DNA of 63,092 nucleotides, filler included, from Octopus bimaculoides (GCF_001194135.2; 7 parts of 7 records of this genome joined end to end with filler, not necessarily neighbours in it), one strand, 5' to 3'; numbered from the whole stretch's first letter, positions 49,095 through 61,141 are shown. The notes: generated by a model from the sequence alone, not told the origin. Made by a program: numbers and translations.

Positions 49095-49191
49095 AACATA
49101 TCTATACGAACACATGTTCTCGTTCATACCTAATATGTTACATCCCGTAAGCTTGTACGATGTATATACGTTATCATGTCAGGAATATCAT

Positions 49192-49262
<71 letters not shown>

Positions 49263-49908
49263 TACCAGAATTATGCACAGTTACACGCTTGTGTGTAGAC
49301 GCGTATATACATACATATATATATATATATATACACANNNNNNNNNNNNNNNNNNNNNNNNNNNNNNNNNNNNNNNNNNNNNNNNNNNNNNNNNNNNNNN
49401 NNNNNNNNNNNNNNNNNNNNNNNNNNNNNNNNNNNNNNNNNNNNNNNNNNNNNNNNNNNNNNNNNNNNNNNNNNNNNNNNNNNNNNNNNNNNNNNNNNNN
49501 NNNNNNNNNNNNNNNNNNNNNNNNNNNNNNNNNNNNNNNNNNNNNNNNNNNNNNNNNNNNNNNNNNNNNNNNNNNNNNNNNNNNNTATATATATATATTC
49601 ATTTCTAGTACTTATCTTGTCTCATAGATTTTCTTATTTGCATTTTGCATGTTGCATTTTTCATCAAACCTTCACAACTTTGCACTGAAATCCTTATAAT
49701 AACAAGATAAATTTTTAATTAAATCACACATCTTTCATTCTTTGCCATACCTCCTATGGAAATTGATCCATTTTCCGGTCCTTATCAAAGCTAATTTCTG
49801 TGACCCGCTATGAGGTCCATAAAACCAGGCAGGTCACAGAGTTTGTTTGTGTTTTTTTTTGTGTTTTTTTTTTTTTTTGGTGAAGTTCCGTTTTTCCTAC
49901 CAAAATTA

Positions 49909-50346
49909 GTGGTAAGATGCTTGCGTCCGAATCAAAGTGTTCTGGGTTCAGTCCCCACTCTGTGGAATTTGAGCAAGTATCTTCTAATATAGCCTTGGGG
50001 CAACCAAGACCTTGTGAATGGATTTGGTAGACGGAAACTGAAAGAAGCCCATCGTGTTTGTGTGTATTTATATACACGCGCGCGCGCGCAAACACACACA
50101 TACATATATATATAATGGTGTGTGTCTTTATGCTTGTTCTCCCCACCACTACCACAAGACAACCAGTGTTGCTGTGTCTACGATGCCGTAACTTAGCGGT
50201 TCGGCACAAGGGACCCGATAGAATAAGTAACACGTTTAATAAAATATCTGGCTTTAAAATGAATCAAGTACTGGGGTCGATTCATTCGACTAAAAAAGTT
50301 CAAGGTGGTGCTCTAGCATGGCCGCAGTCTAATGACTGAAACAAGG
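49909..50346 (+). mobile_element. SINE family A
   Basis: gggttcagtccccactc...ggtagacggaaactgaaagaagccc...catggccgcagtctaatgactgaaacaag. Confidence 0.85.
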
Positions 50347-50451
50347 AAATGTTGAAAAGTATAAAAATAATTTTCACTCATTACTACTTTTTGGGGGAAC
50401 GGTGAATCTCGAATCAAATGTAGGTATAGATTGTAAAACTCGTAAATATCT

Positions 50452-50770
50452 GTTACATGGCTCAATGGTTAAAGCATCGGGCTTACAATCATGAGGTAGT
50501 GAGTTCGATTCCTGGACCGGGCTGTGTGTTGTGTTCTTGAGCCAGACGCTTTATTTCATGTTGCTCCAGTTAACTCAGTTGTACAAATCACTGGTGCCAA
50601 GCTGTATCGGCCCCTTTGCCTTTTCTTTGGAGATCATCGATGACTGCCGGTCTTCCATAAACTTATGTTCTTCCATATGCATGGGGGACGGCTGGTCTTC
50701 CATAAACAACCTTGCCCGGACTTGTACCTCGAAGGGAAACTTTCTAGGCCGAAGTGGATCTTTATCCCTT
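50452..50770 (+). mobile_element. SINE family D, followed immediately by a family C head (50787-50868)
   Basis: tggctcaatggttaaagc...gagttcgattcctggaccgggc...gtgttcttgagc...acaaccttgcccggacttgt.cctcg. Confidence 0.8.
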
Positions 50771-51049
50771 ACCTTATGTACATATGTGGAGGTGCAATGG
50801 CCCAGTGGTTAGGACAGAGGACTCGCGGTCATAGGATTGCTGTTTCGATTCCCAGACCGGGCGTTGTGNNNNNNNNNNNNNNNNNNNNNNNNNNNNNNNN
50901 NNNNNNNNNNNNTTAATTAATTAANNNNNNNNNNNNNNNNNNNNNNNNNNNNNNNNNNNNNNNNNNNNTGCCAAGTAAACACATGCACTATGTATTCATT
51001 CTTCACTCGTTTATTACTGCTCTTATTCTAACTCATGTCCAAACGTGTC

Positions 51050-51260
51050 CGACTGGCCATCGTGCCGGTGGCACGTAAAAAGCAACCACTACACTCTCAG
51101 AGTGGTTGGCGTTAGGAAGGGCATCCAACTGTAGAAACTCTGCCTAATCAGATTGGAGCCTGGTGTAGCCTGGTGTAGCCATCTGGTTCGCCAGTCCTCA
51201 GTCAAATCGTCCAACCCATGCCAGCATGGAAGGCAGACATTAGACGATGATGATGATGAT
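51050..51260 (+). mobile_element. 3' part of a SINE with a (GAT)n tail
   Basis: gtggttggcgttaggaagggcatcc...ccatgccagcatggaa.gcagac.tta.acgatgatgat. Related pieces occur at 57680-57790 (-) and 61890-62000 (+). Confidence 0.65.
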
Positions 51261-51496
51261 ATATATATATATATACCTCTGTGTGTTGCCACAGCTAGAG
51301 GCCAGAGCCCAATGACTGACACAAGTAAAAGGTATGCATATATACACACATACATGTATATCTGTATATATATAAACATACATATACAATGCGCAGGTAG
51401 TTGATTATGCAACTGTTTCCCTGCCTTATGAAATCTAATTATGCTTCCTCAGGTGATATGCAAATACTGTCTCTGTAAGTTCAAATTCTCAGCTTC

Positions 51497-51665
51497 TTAG
51501 GTCCATTGGTGCCTTTGAGCAGCACATCGGGCAGTCAGTGATTGCCAATTATCTACGTCTCTAGCCAACTGATATGCTTCTTCCCAGGTGATGTCCAGTT
51601 CTGTGTAGGTCTTGTTTGAAGGTACTGCACCATGTTTTCCTTCATCAACCCCTTTTTCTCTTAAG
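51497..51665 (-). mobile_element. RTE LINE C-terminal fragment
   Basis: Reverse translation: KRG**RKTWCSTFKQDL...TWEEAYQLARDVDNWQSLTARCAAQRHQWT*. Confidence 0.75.
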
Positions 51666-51986
51666 GAATGGGCTCAGAAGTTTCATGGGTCTAGGGGCAT
51701 CATGGGTCTAGGAGCTCCATTTCTGATCTATGTATGTCATGGCTTGGTGTTAGTAAATAAATACTATAGGGCCCAGTGCATGGATTTGCCTAGTGGCCTA
51801 TAATGTGGCAACGACAACTCTGTCCAAGAGTCCATCGAATACTCAGCCAGTTGCTTTTATGATTCAGCGATTAGGAAGTTAATTTGATTGGAAAATTGGA
51901 AAGCACATCATCAAAACAGACAAAGATTCATAGATCCATTTGTTGTCATCATATATATGTGTTTGTACATTTATATTTGTATGTGG

Positions 51987-52020
<34 letters not shown>

Positions 52021-52059
52021 TTATATATGTATGTATACATACATATATATGTATATATT

Positions 52060-52090
<31 letters not shown>

Positions 52091-52113
52091 ATGTACATAT
52101 GTATATATATAAA

Positions 52114-52165
<52 letters not shown>

Positions 52166-52234
52166 ATATGTATGTATGTATTTATATACATGTATATATA
52201 ATTGTGTATTATATGTGTGTGTTTGTGTTATATT

Positions 52235-52279
<45 letters not shown>

Positions 52280-52860
52280 GTACATACATACATATATACA
52301 TATAAATGAATGTGTAGATATATACAGATATGACTAATATAATGTAATTTGAATTATGAAGCCATGTTTGATACATAATGGAATGTTCCTCAGGACAATA
52401 ATTCTGGTTCCAAATTGGCAACTGTTCACCATAATTTAGAGATGGAATTCCATCAGGTCCATTTGTATTTAAGCTATCCAGGCCGTGGAAATTTTCAGAG
52501 CAGAGACTGAAATTTGTATGTATTTGAAGAAGACTAATTATATTGAAACAGTCAACTGACAAAAGATGTGCCACTTCTCTACAGTCTGAGGATTCTGAGT
52601 TCAATCTTAGTGTGCAGCAGCAGTATCAAAAGATTCAGGTTTACCCTGAATCTTTAGATAAAATTTGGTTGGCAGATGCTGCACAAAAACCCCTATTTAT
52701 GAGTATCTTCATTTTTTTTATTCAGAGACAATGTATCCAGGACTTTGTGATCTTATTTATCCCATGATTACACATCTATCCTTCATATTCTAAACAGAAC
52801 AGTATGTGATTTAAGGGAAATTTAGCTGTTATTTCTAGTAGATCAAATGACTATATAGTA

Positions 52861-53120
52861 CAGTGATTTTCGGCCCTTTTTTTTTCTATTGACCCCTTCG
52901 GTTACTATGCACCCCCATAGACATTTAATGTTTTTAAAGACCCTATTATATTTTCATAATTAAATATTATTAGGAATTGTGTATAAAATTTGTTAAAATA
53001 TTTTGTGTATAACAGAAATATAACCAATTTATTGTGCATAAATTTTAACTAAAATTCTTTCCTGGACACCCCACCCTCCTCCCACCCAAGGGTCATATGG
53101 GCCCCAGGTGAAAACTGCTG
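52861..53120. mobile_element. hAT (Charlie-like) MITE with an 8-bp TSD
   Basis: Termini CAGTGATTTTC and GAAAACTGCTG; flanks atatagta (52853-60) and atatagca (53121-28). Related copies at 2905 and about 48318. Confidence 0.8.
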
Positions 53121-53519
53121 ATATAGCAGATCTCTAACAATTGGGTTGTGATAAACTCAAAGGTTCAAAAGACGGTCACAGAATGCAGTGTACTTACCAA
53201 TACATAATATATAGTACTTACCATTATGTGATACAAAGTACTTACCTTTTAGATATTCTGTGATCTAGTTCAATTTTGTCATGGCGTATACCATATTTTC
53301 CACCATACAAATCGACATTGTATATGGTGTAAACATGTAGTGTAAACATGTAGTGTAAACATTTAAACACTATCATTATCTTTTCAAATCTTGCTGCACT
53401 TTAGATGTAAATTTTTAATCTTCCAACATCATCTTACTGCATGAGATGACCGACTTTTTATGCCTGTAACTTTTTTTTCTGAAAAATTCAACTTGTATGC
53501 CAGAAAGTACAGAAAGTAC

Positions 53520-53747
53520 TGCGAGCTGGCAGAAACGTTAGCATGCAGGGCGAAATGCTTAGCGGTATTTCATCTGTCTTTATGTTCTGAGTTCAAATTC
53601 CGTCGAGGTCGACTTTGCCTTTCATCCTTTCAGGGTCGATAAATTAAGTACCAGTTATGCACTGGGGTCGATGTAATCGACTTAATCCCTTTGTCTGTCC
53701 TTGTTTGTCCCCTTTATGTTTAGCCCCTTGTGGGCAGTAAAGAAATA
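53520..53747 (+). mobile_element. SINE family B, young full-length copy (tail type ii) with TSD
   Basis: TSD agaaagtac at 53511-19 and 53748-56; very close to the 57789-58016 copy. Confidence 0.9.
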
Positions 53748-54111
53748 AGAAAGTACAGTTCTCACTGTATCCATTACTCAACCAGCATACAAAGAAAATG
53801 TGAATTGGTGATTATCGGCAGATTCGTTGGAGCATCAAGCAAAAATGCTTTGTGATTATCATTCCAGCTCTTTAATGGCCTGAGTTTAAATCGCACCAAA
53901 GCCAACTTTGCCTGTGTTTCTTCTTGAGTGGGGAAGAGTTGATAAAATGGGAACCAGTCATGTACTCAGCTCATAAGTACTCAACCGACCATTTCATCCA
54001 AGCCTCGTGCCGATATATGTTGACCAAATATATCATGACATGCACCTACAAGATTAGGAATGATTTTTTGAGTAAGACTGCCAGTTGCTCTTGCATGGAA
54101 AACTTTCCTCT

Positions 54112-54300
54112 TTACCTTTCACTTATTTCAATCGTTTGACTGTGGCCATGACCCCAAGACTTATTTTTCTTTAAGCCTAATACTTATTCTGTTGGGCTCT
54201 TTTTGCTGAACCACTAAGTTATGACGCCGCATACACACCAGCACCGGTTGTCAAGTGGTGGAGAGGGGACAAACACAGACATAAAGACACACACACAGAT
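54112..54300 (-). mobile_element. SINE family A, 3' half
   Basis: tgactgtggccatg...aagcctaatacttattct...gacaaacacagac. Confidence 0.75.
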
Positions 54301-54644
54301 ATATACATACATACATATTGTGAAATTTTTTCGCCATGAACGGTTTTTAAACCGAATGTAGTTTTTCTGATGTTATATTTATTCCTGAAGATGTGTAAAG
54401 AAATTTTGATTTATTAAGTCTCTTAATAAATTCTTTATACTGAAATATATATTGAAGAAGATAAATATGTTTATTTAAATATATACATTTTTGTGTCGTA
54501 ACTCCTTTATTATTATTAATATAACCAAACGGATCGATTCTTGAAGAGTCTGTATACCTGCAGTCGTTTTTTTCTGCTATTTTGGTGATGATTTTTTGAG
54601 TTAGCTTACCAATTATTTTTGTTGGTAGTTAATTTATAATATAT

Positions 54645-54676
<32 letters not shown>

Positions 54677-54894
54677 CATTTGGTATAATTATAAACAGGG
54701 TATAATTTCAAACCTCATTGGGTTCTCATCAGAGATGTCTACATCATTCCAGCAGTCTCCAGAAAAACAGGCAGCCAAATTGTTTATATACTCAACAAAT
54801 GCAGCAGTTGCTCTATGAAGGAGTCCCTAATTTGCATACTGAAAGTGCTTAAACTCTATAAATACCAGTGGCCTGTCAACAGGCATCTTAGTCC

Positions 54895-55052
54895 ACAAAG
54901 GGCTTCTTTCAGTTTCTGTCTATTAAATCCACTCACAAGGCTTTCATTGACCTGAAGCTGTAGTAGAATACACTTGCCCAAGGTGACATGCAGTGAGACT
55001 GAACCCAGGACCATGTGGTTGGGAAGCAAGCTTCTTACCACACAGCCACACC
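54895..55052 (-). mobile_element. SINE family A, 5' half
   Basis: ggcttctttcagtttctgtc...cacttgcccaaggtg...cttaccacacagccacacc. Confidence 0.8.
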
Positions 55053-56036
55053 CACCACCAATTGGTCATCTGAAAGAAAGGTCACTAACTTGAGAAGATA
55101 CAGCTTGACACCAGTCTCATCACAGAACCCAAATATCTGGAACACAGTAGAAGGCATCTTGCCTGACTCTCTAAGTCTTCTGCTAATTCACTGCCTTTGA
55201 TGGTACCTTTATATCAATCTCTATATGAGATTGGTATAAATTAAAAAAAAACAAACAGTTTTAACCTCGGTGAAATTTGAACTTAAATCCAGTAATTTAT
55301 CTGACACTCTAATAACTCTTCCAATTTGCCTTAGGAATTTCCATTTTGCCTTGTTAAAGATTCAAAGGAGCGTGAGTCGTTATTAATTACTTCCATCAGC
55401 TTCAATGACCATTTTGAAGTTGTTTATTGGCTCAATGAAGATCATTTTGTTAATTCTCTGCAGGGGTCATGCCACAAAGGATACAAAAGACATTGGATAA
55501 ACAATGCACTTTACTGATTCGTTCAGGTTTTGATGGGATTTGAACTCAGAATGTAAAGACCGCTAAGCATTTTTACCCTGTGTGCCAACAACTCTGCCAT
55601 CTCACCGTCTTTTATTTACGATTGATAATAACAAAATCCTTTTCCTTTCCTTTCATACCTTGCTGCAACACATCTTTAAAGTTAGAAGAGAATTATCTTT
55701 ACACACAAGAGTCAACATTTCTATTATTGTTGCCAAGTAGCAATTTTCTTCTCTTATTGAGAGTTTTGTCATTTTCCAACCTGAATCTGACAACTGCTAA
55801 TGTTCTCATTAGCTGGAACTATTGTGAATAGGTTTACGACACCAAGAATTATCGTATGACAACATGTGGATAGGTATGTTCTGGGTCAGTTCCATAATTT
55901 GCATTGAGATCTTTTTCAATATAAGGTATTTTATGCTTTAGCCCTAGGTAAGACAAGATTTTGTAGAGCTTTGGTCGAAAGCATTCTAGCAGGAACCAGC
56001 CAATTGTCATTTTTAAGTATTCTAACCAAGATTACA

Positions 56037-56411
56037 TTATTACCTCTGCCTTAGCGAAGGTGGAGTTATTGTTTTCAGTTACATTTGTTTGTTTGTACCT
56101 GGACAAGATATCTCAGCAATTGCAGTATGGATTCGGATGAAACTTTCAGGGATGTTTGGCGTCATGACTGGCATAAACTGATTAAATTTTGGGGTTGATC
56201 CAGTACTGGACAAGGATTTTAGATTATTTTTCCTGTCGTTTTTTTTTAATTAATTTTTGAGAGCAGTCAGGTTTCATTTTTAGTATTTTCGTTTGTGAGA
56301 GCAGTCGAGTTTATTTCAGATATTCTCATTTTAAAACTCATCTCTGGCTAATCATTGAGAGGATGCTGGTGTTGCCTTGGCAGAGGTTTGCACTCTGTGA
56401 GTGCTCTTGTT
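56037..56411 (+). mobile_element. HINE/DINE-1-like non-autonomous Helentron element
   Basis: 5' TTATT followed by subTIR acctctgcc (56042-50), then a (tttg)n microsatellite. The 3' inverted subTIR ggcagaggt is at 56379-87, then stem-loop gcactc-tgt-gagtgc (56390-404) and a T-rich end. Confidence 0.7.
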
Positions 56412-56592
56412 CGTAATGCATTACTACTTTTAAGGTTTATTTTGTGAGGAATTTGGCTGCTCTTTCTAGCAGGTTGAATGACCACATACAGCCACTCTCT
56501 TAAGCTCATCCTAATCAGGCAGTTTTCTTGGAAATAGAGCAGTAGAATTTTAGGGAGAGAAAGACAGACTTATAGACTTATAGACCAACAGT

Positions 56593-56935
56593 ATGTTTTT
56601 GTCTTTAAGCCTGGTACTTATTATATCAGACTCTTTTGTTGAACTGCCAAGTTACAGAGATGTAAATGCACCAACACCTGTTGTCAAGTGTGGGTGGGGG
56701 ACATACACACACACACACACACACACAAAGACACACACACATACACACATATACAATGGGCTTCTTTCAGTTTCTGTCTACCAAATCCACTCACAAAGCT
56801 TTGGTCAGCCCAAGGCTATAGTAGCCTTGGGCTGACCAAGGTGTCGCATAGTGAGACTGAAAACTTAGCTGTGTGGTCAAGAGGCAAGCTTTGTGGTCAG
56901 GAAGCAAGCTTCTCCCCACACAGCCACTTCTATAG
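56593..56935 (-). mobile_element. SINE family A
   Basis: aagcctggtacttatt...(CA)n...gggcttctttcagtttctgtctacc...cacacagccac. Confidence 0.8.
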
Positions 56936-57399
56936 CTACACTCGTGCCTATGTAGAGAAATGGGATTATAGACCAATGGAAGGATAGACAAGTAATAAAG
57001 ATTCACATGAAGAATTATAGAGTTACAGAGGCATGAGAGACAAGAAGCAACTACTTGATATTTTGGCAGACTTTTTATTTTACTGTTTTTATCAAAGAGG
57101 AAGGTGTTATGCTCCTAGCCCTCGCAGTTCCTTTGCGACCATCGAGAACAGCATGGTTAATATTCTTCTTGGTCAGTTGAAAGTTAATGGCTGCAAGTAA
57201 AACATGTATGAAGGGAAAATTTCAGAGAGTCAACATTACGAGAAGAAAGAACTGGATGTATTGGGCAGTGCAAGGACTGGTGCAGGGATATGATAAGGAT
57301 GCTAAGAGGAGGAAGTGGGCAGACGAGTGAATTAAGAGTGCTTGAGTAGATGTAGCATGGGATCGACCAGATCAGAGAAACAGAGGCCACATTAGGGTA

Positions 57400-57609
57400 A
57401 AAGAGTAAAGACCCCCCTTTCGTCATGAATGACCATGGCATTGCATCTAGAAACTACCCTTCGAGGCACACGTCTGGGCAAGGTTGTTTTGTGGAGCAAC
57501 GTGAAATAAAGTGTCTTGCTCAAAAACACAATACAGCCCGGTCCAGGAACCGAACTCACAACCTCATGATCGTAAGCTCGACGCTCTAACCACTGAGCCA
57601 TGCACCTTC
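57400..57609 (-). mobile_element. SINE family D with an internal deletion
   Basis: Reverse strand reads gaaggtgcatggctcagtggttagagcgtcgagc...gggggtctttac. Confidence 0.8.
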
Positions 57610-57788
57610 TCTATGCATTATATCTGTAACAATTAAATTATATATTATACACTTTATTGTTTTGTTATCATCATCGTAATCATTGTTTAACGTCTGCTTT
57701 CCATGCTGGTATGGGTTGGATGGTTTGACATGGAGCTAGCTAGCAGGGAGCTGTCCAGACTCCAAATGTCTGCTGTGGCATGGTTTCT

Positions 57789-58016
57789 TATTTCTTTTAT
57801 TGCCCACAAGGGGCTAAACATAGAGGGGACAAACAGGGACAGACAAAGGGATTAAGTCGATTACATCGACCCAGTGTGTAACTGGTACTTAATTTATCGA
57901 CCTCAAAAGGATGAAAGGCAAAGTCGACCTAGGCGGAAATTGAACTCAGAACGCAACGGCAGATGAAATACTGCTAAGCATTTTGCCCGGCGTGCTAACA
58001 TTTCTGCCAGCTCGCC
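57789..58016 (-). mobile_element. SINE family B (tail type ii) with a 21-bp TSD, nested in an older SINE
   Basis: TSD gtctgctgtggcatggtttct (57768-88) and gtctgctgtggcttgggttct (58017-37). Confidence 0.9.
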
Positions 58017-58884
58017 GTCTGCTGTGGCTTGGGTTCTATGAAGACTAGCACTTTGCAAAGCATGCTGGGTGCATTTTACAAATCATGCGTGAAAAATTGT
58101 CTCGCATAAAACTGATCTGGGGTGCAAAAAAAAAAGGTTGGGATTTGCTGATGTATAAGATTTAAGGGTAGAGAAACTTGTCCAAGAGTGTGGGTTTAGA
58201 TTATTTTTTTGACATGTAAGAAAGTATAAAGAACTGTGGTGGACTGTGAGGTTAGAATAATCTTTGCTGGAATCTGTTCCAAATGATTGCGATATATTTG
58301 CCTCTGGTAAAGGCGCCTATGGGCCAGGAAATGGTGCTAAACCTGGCTGTGTAAGGGGATTATTATCTGCCCCTGTTCAAGAAGGAAATACAAGAATATG
58401 CGAAAAGGAAAAAAAAAAAAATGATTGTCGAACTGATAGATTGAGATGAATAATTTTAGGCGAATAAAAACAGGCAGAGTTGCGTAGACACATGCAGACA
58501 GACAATCTTTAAAATCAGCCAAACATAAGCAAAAGACATGCAGTGTGCCAGTAAGATAAATCAGACACCAGAGAAATAGACAGGGAGGAGAAGAGATCGG
58601 NNNNNNNNNNNNNNNNNNNNNNNNNNNNNAGGGAGAAGGAGGAGAGGGAAGAAGAGGAAGAGTTAGAGGCAGCAAAAGAGATTCATTGATATAAAGAATG
58701 AGAAATAGAAACATAGAGACAGAGGAAGAGAGAGAGAGAGAGGAAGTGAGAGAGAGGAAGTGAGAGAGAGGGAGGGAGGGAGAGAAATAAGCAAAGAAAA
58801 AAAACAAAGAAAAAATACAAAGGCGGAAAAAGAAAGAGACATGGAAGGATAGCATAAAAGAGATTGAAAGTCATAATGATGTTG

Positions 58885-61141
58885 TTGTTGTTGTCATCAT
58901 CATCGACATCATGACCATCATCATCTTCATCGTTGTTGTCATCCTCAACATCATCATCATCAACATCCGTACCGCCACCACCATCGTTGTCATCGTCGTC
59001 GTGGTCCTCCTCCTCCTCCTCCTCATCATCATCATCATCATGACCACTACCACCATCATCATCTTCATCATCGTCATCACTGTCGTCATCATCAAATTCA
59101 TCATCATCATCATTGCACCATCGCCACTACCATTATCATGGTTATCATCATCATTACACCATCGCCATTATCCTCCTCCTCCTCCTCCTCCTTATCATCA
59201 TCATCATCATGACCACTACCACCATCATCATCTTCATCATNNNNNNNNNNNNNNNNNNNNNNNNNNNNNNNNNNNNNNNNNNNNNNNNNNNNNNNNNNNN
59301 NNNNNNNNNNNNNNNNNNNNNNNNNNNNNNNNNNNNNNNNNNNNNNNNNNNNNNNNNNNNNNNNNNNNNNNNNNNNNNNNNNNNNNNNNNNNNNNNNNNN
59401 NNNNNNNNNNNNNNNNNNNNNNNNNNNNNNNNNNNNNNNNNNNNNNNNNNNNNNNNNNNNNNNNNNNNNNNNNNNNNNNNNNNNNNNNNNNNNNNNNNNN
59501 NNNNNNNNNNNNNNNNNNNNNNNNNNNNNNNNNNNNNNNNNNNNNNNNNNNNNNNNNNNNNNNNNNNNNNNNNNNNNNNNNNNNNNNNNNNNNNNNNNNN
59601 NNNNNNNNACCACCACAAAATAGCAACTGCCTTAACCACTTCTAAAACAACTGCAGCTACCACCACCACCACCACCACCACCACCACTATACTATAGTGA
59701 CTACCTCAAACACTACCACCCGTACTATATCACCACCCGTACTATACCCACTGTAACAACGACCACAAACAATAATCACTGTTTGATATTACATCAACCT
59801 CAACAGTCAATACTACAACAGCAACTACCACCAGCAGTACCCCTATGAACACCATCTATACTACTACAACCATAACAACCACCACTAAAACTACTATAGC
59901 TATAGCTACAAGCATTACCACTAAAAATGCTACATCCCAAACGATGACTACTTCAACAACTGTTGTACAAATTGAAATGGGCTCCTCTGTGTGGTCAGTT
60001 GATGTGCTAGACATAGAAGCTAAATTTACCATAAATCACGTTCTAATGTCTTAAAGGACAGATTAGGTAACGTGTCTGTGGATATATATGTAGACTGACG
60101 AGAGGGTCATGGTTGGAAGTATCTGTGATCGTAGGTTTACTCGAACAGGGATGCGAATCTGGTGGAGGTGGGTGGTGGTGTTAACAATAACAACAACAAC
60201 AACAACAACAGCAACCACAACGAAACAACTGCATATACAGTAATAAACAGACATGCTGCCTCTATAACCACTCTCAGTACTATATCCTCTACAACAACCA
60301 CAAACGTAACTGCTGGAGTGAACCACCACCCATATAACTACCGCCAAAATTACCACATACACTACTGCTATTTATTGTTGATATAACTTTTCCCTGCACT
60401 ACCTCCACTACTGTAACAACCACCACCACTACTACTACCGCAACTATTATCAAAAACACTGGGTACTACAACGACCACTATAACCAGCGCTTCTACAGCT
60501 GTTGTTGTTACTACAATAGTAAAATTCACTACAGCGCTAACACTGGCACTGCAGCACTACCACTTCGACCACAGCAACATGAACAACTACCACAATGACA
60601 GACACAGCAAGTAATATTACAACCTATACTACAACAATCTTAATTGTCTCTAGAATTACTTTGACCACTATAGTCATCACCACAACCACCACCACCACCA
60701 CTAGAGTCATTACAGCAATGATCACCAACACCTCATTCACCACTTCCACAACTACAACCAATACAACCATTGATGCCACAACCACCATCACCATTACCAT
60801 CGCCGCTACATCCACTACACACATGGCTACAGTTGTTGTAACTACACCAACTAGCACCACGACTGTTACTACTACAATTTAATACACCAATGTAACTACC
60901 ACCAAAACACTTACCATCACCTCCAACATCATTTCAACTACCACCACAACCACTACCAAAACCACCAACTCTGACTCAGCTATCATTACTATCACCACAA
61001 CCACCACTAACATCGTTTACTGCCACTACCACCACTACTTCAACAGCTAGCACCACCACAACAACCACAGCCACAACTACCACTCAGATAACCACTACCA
61101 CTTCAGCCACCACCACCACCACCACCACTAACATTATCAGC
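58885..61141. repeat. Cryptic, degenerate trinucleotide region: (CAT/CCT)n, then (ACN)n
   Basis: Trinucleotide periodicity with frequent substitutions, frame changes and stops. Confidence 0.85.

Noticed and set aside
55620-55950. Several splice-like signals (possible 15-nt minus-strand or 42-nt plus-strand micro-exons)
   Set aside because: Such matches are expected by chance in AT-rich DNA, and no consistent reading frame links them to other exons.
1587-58016. Regularly recurring 200-400 bp repeats as a CRISPR-like or tandem array
   Set aside because: The copies are dispersed in both orientations with TSDs and tails. They are ordinary SINEs in a eukaryotic genome.
58911-60882. Mucin-like Thr-rich and poly-His/Ile/Met ORFs
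   Set aside because: The Thr frame shifts repeatedly and contains stops. Substitutions hit all three positions, as expected for a decaying trinucleotide microsatellite, and there are no clear exon boundaries.
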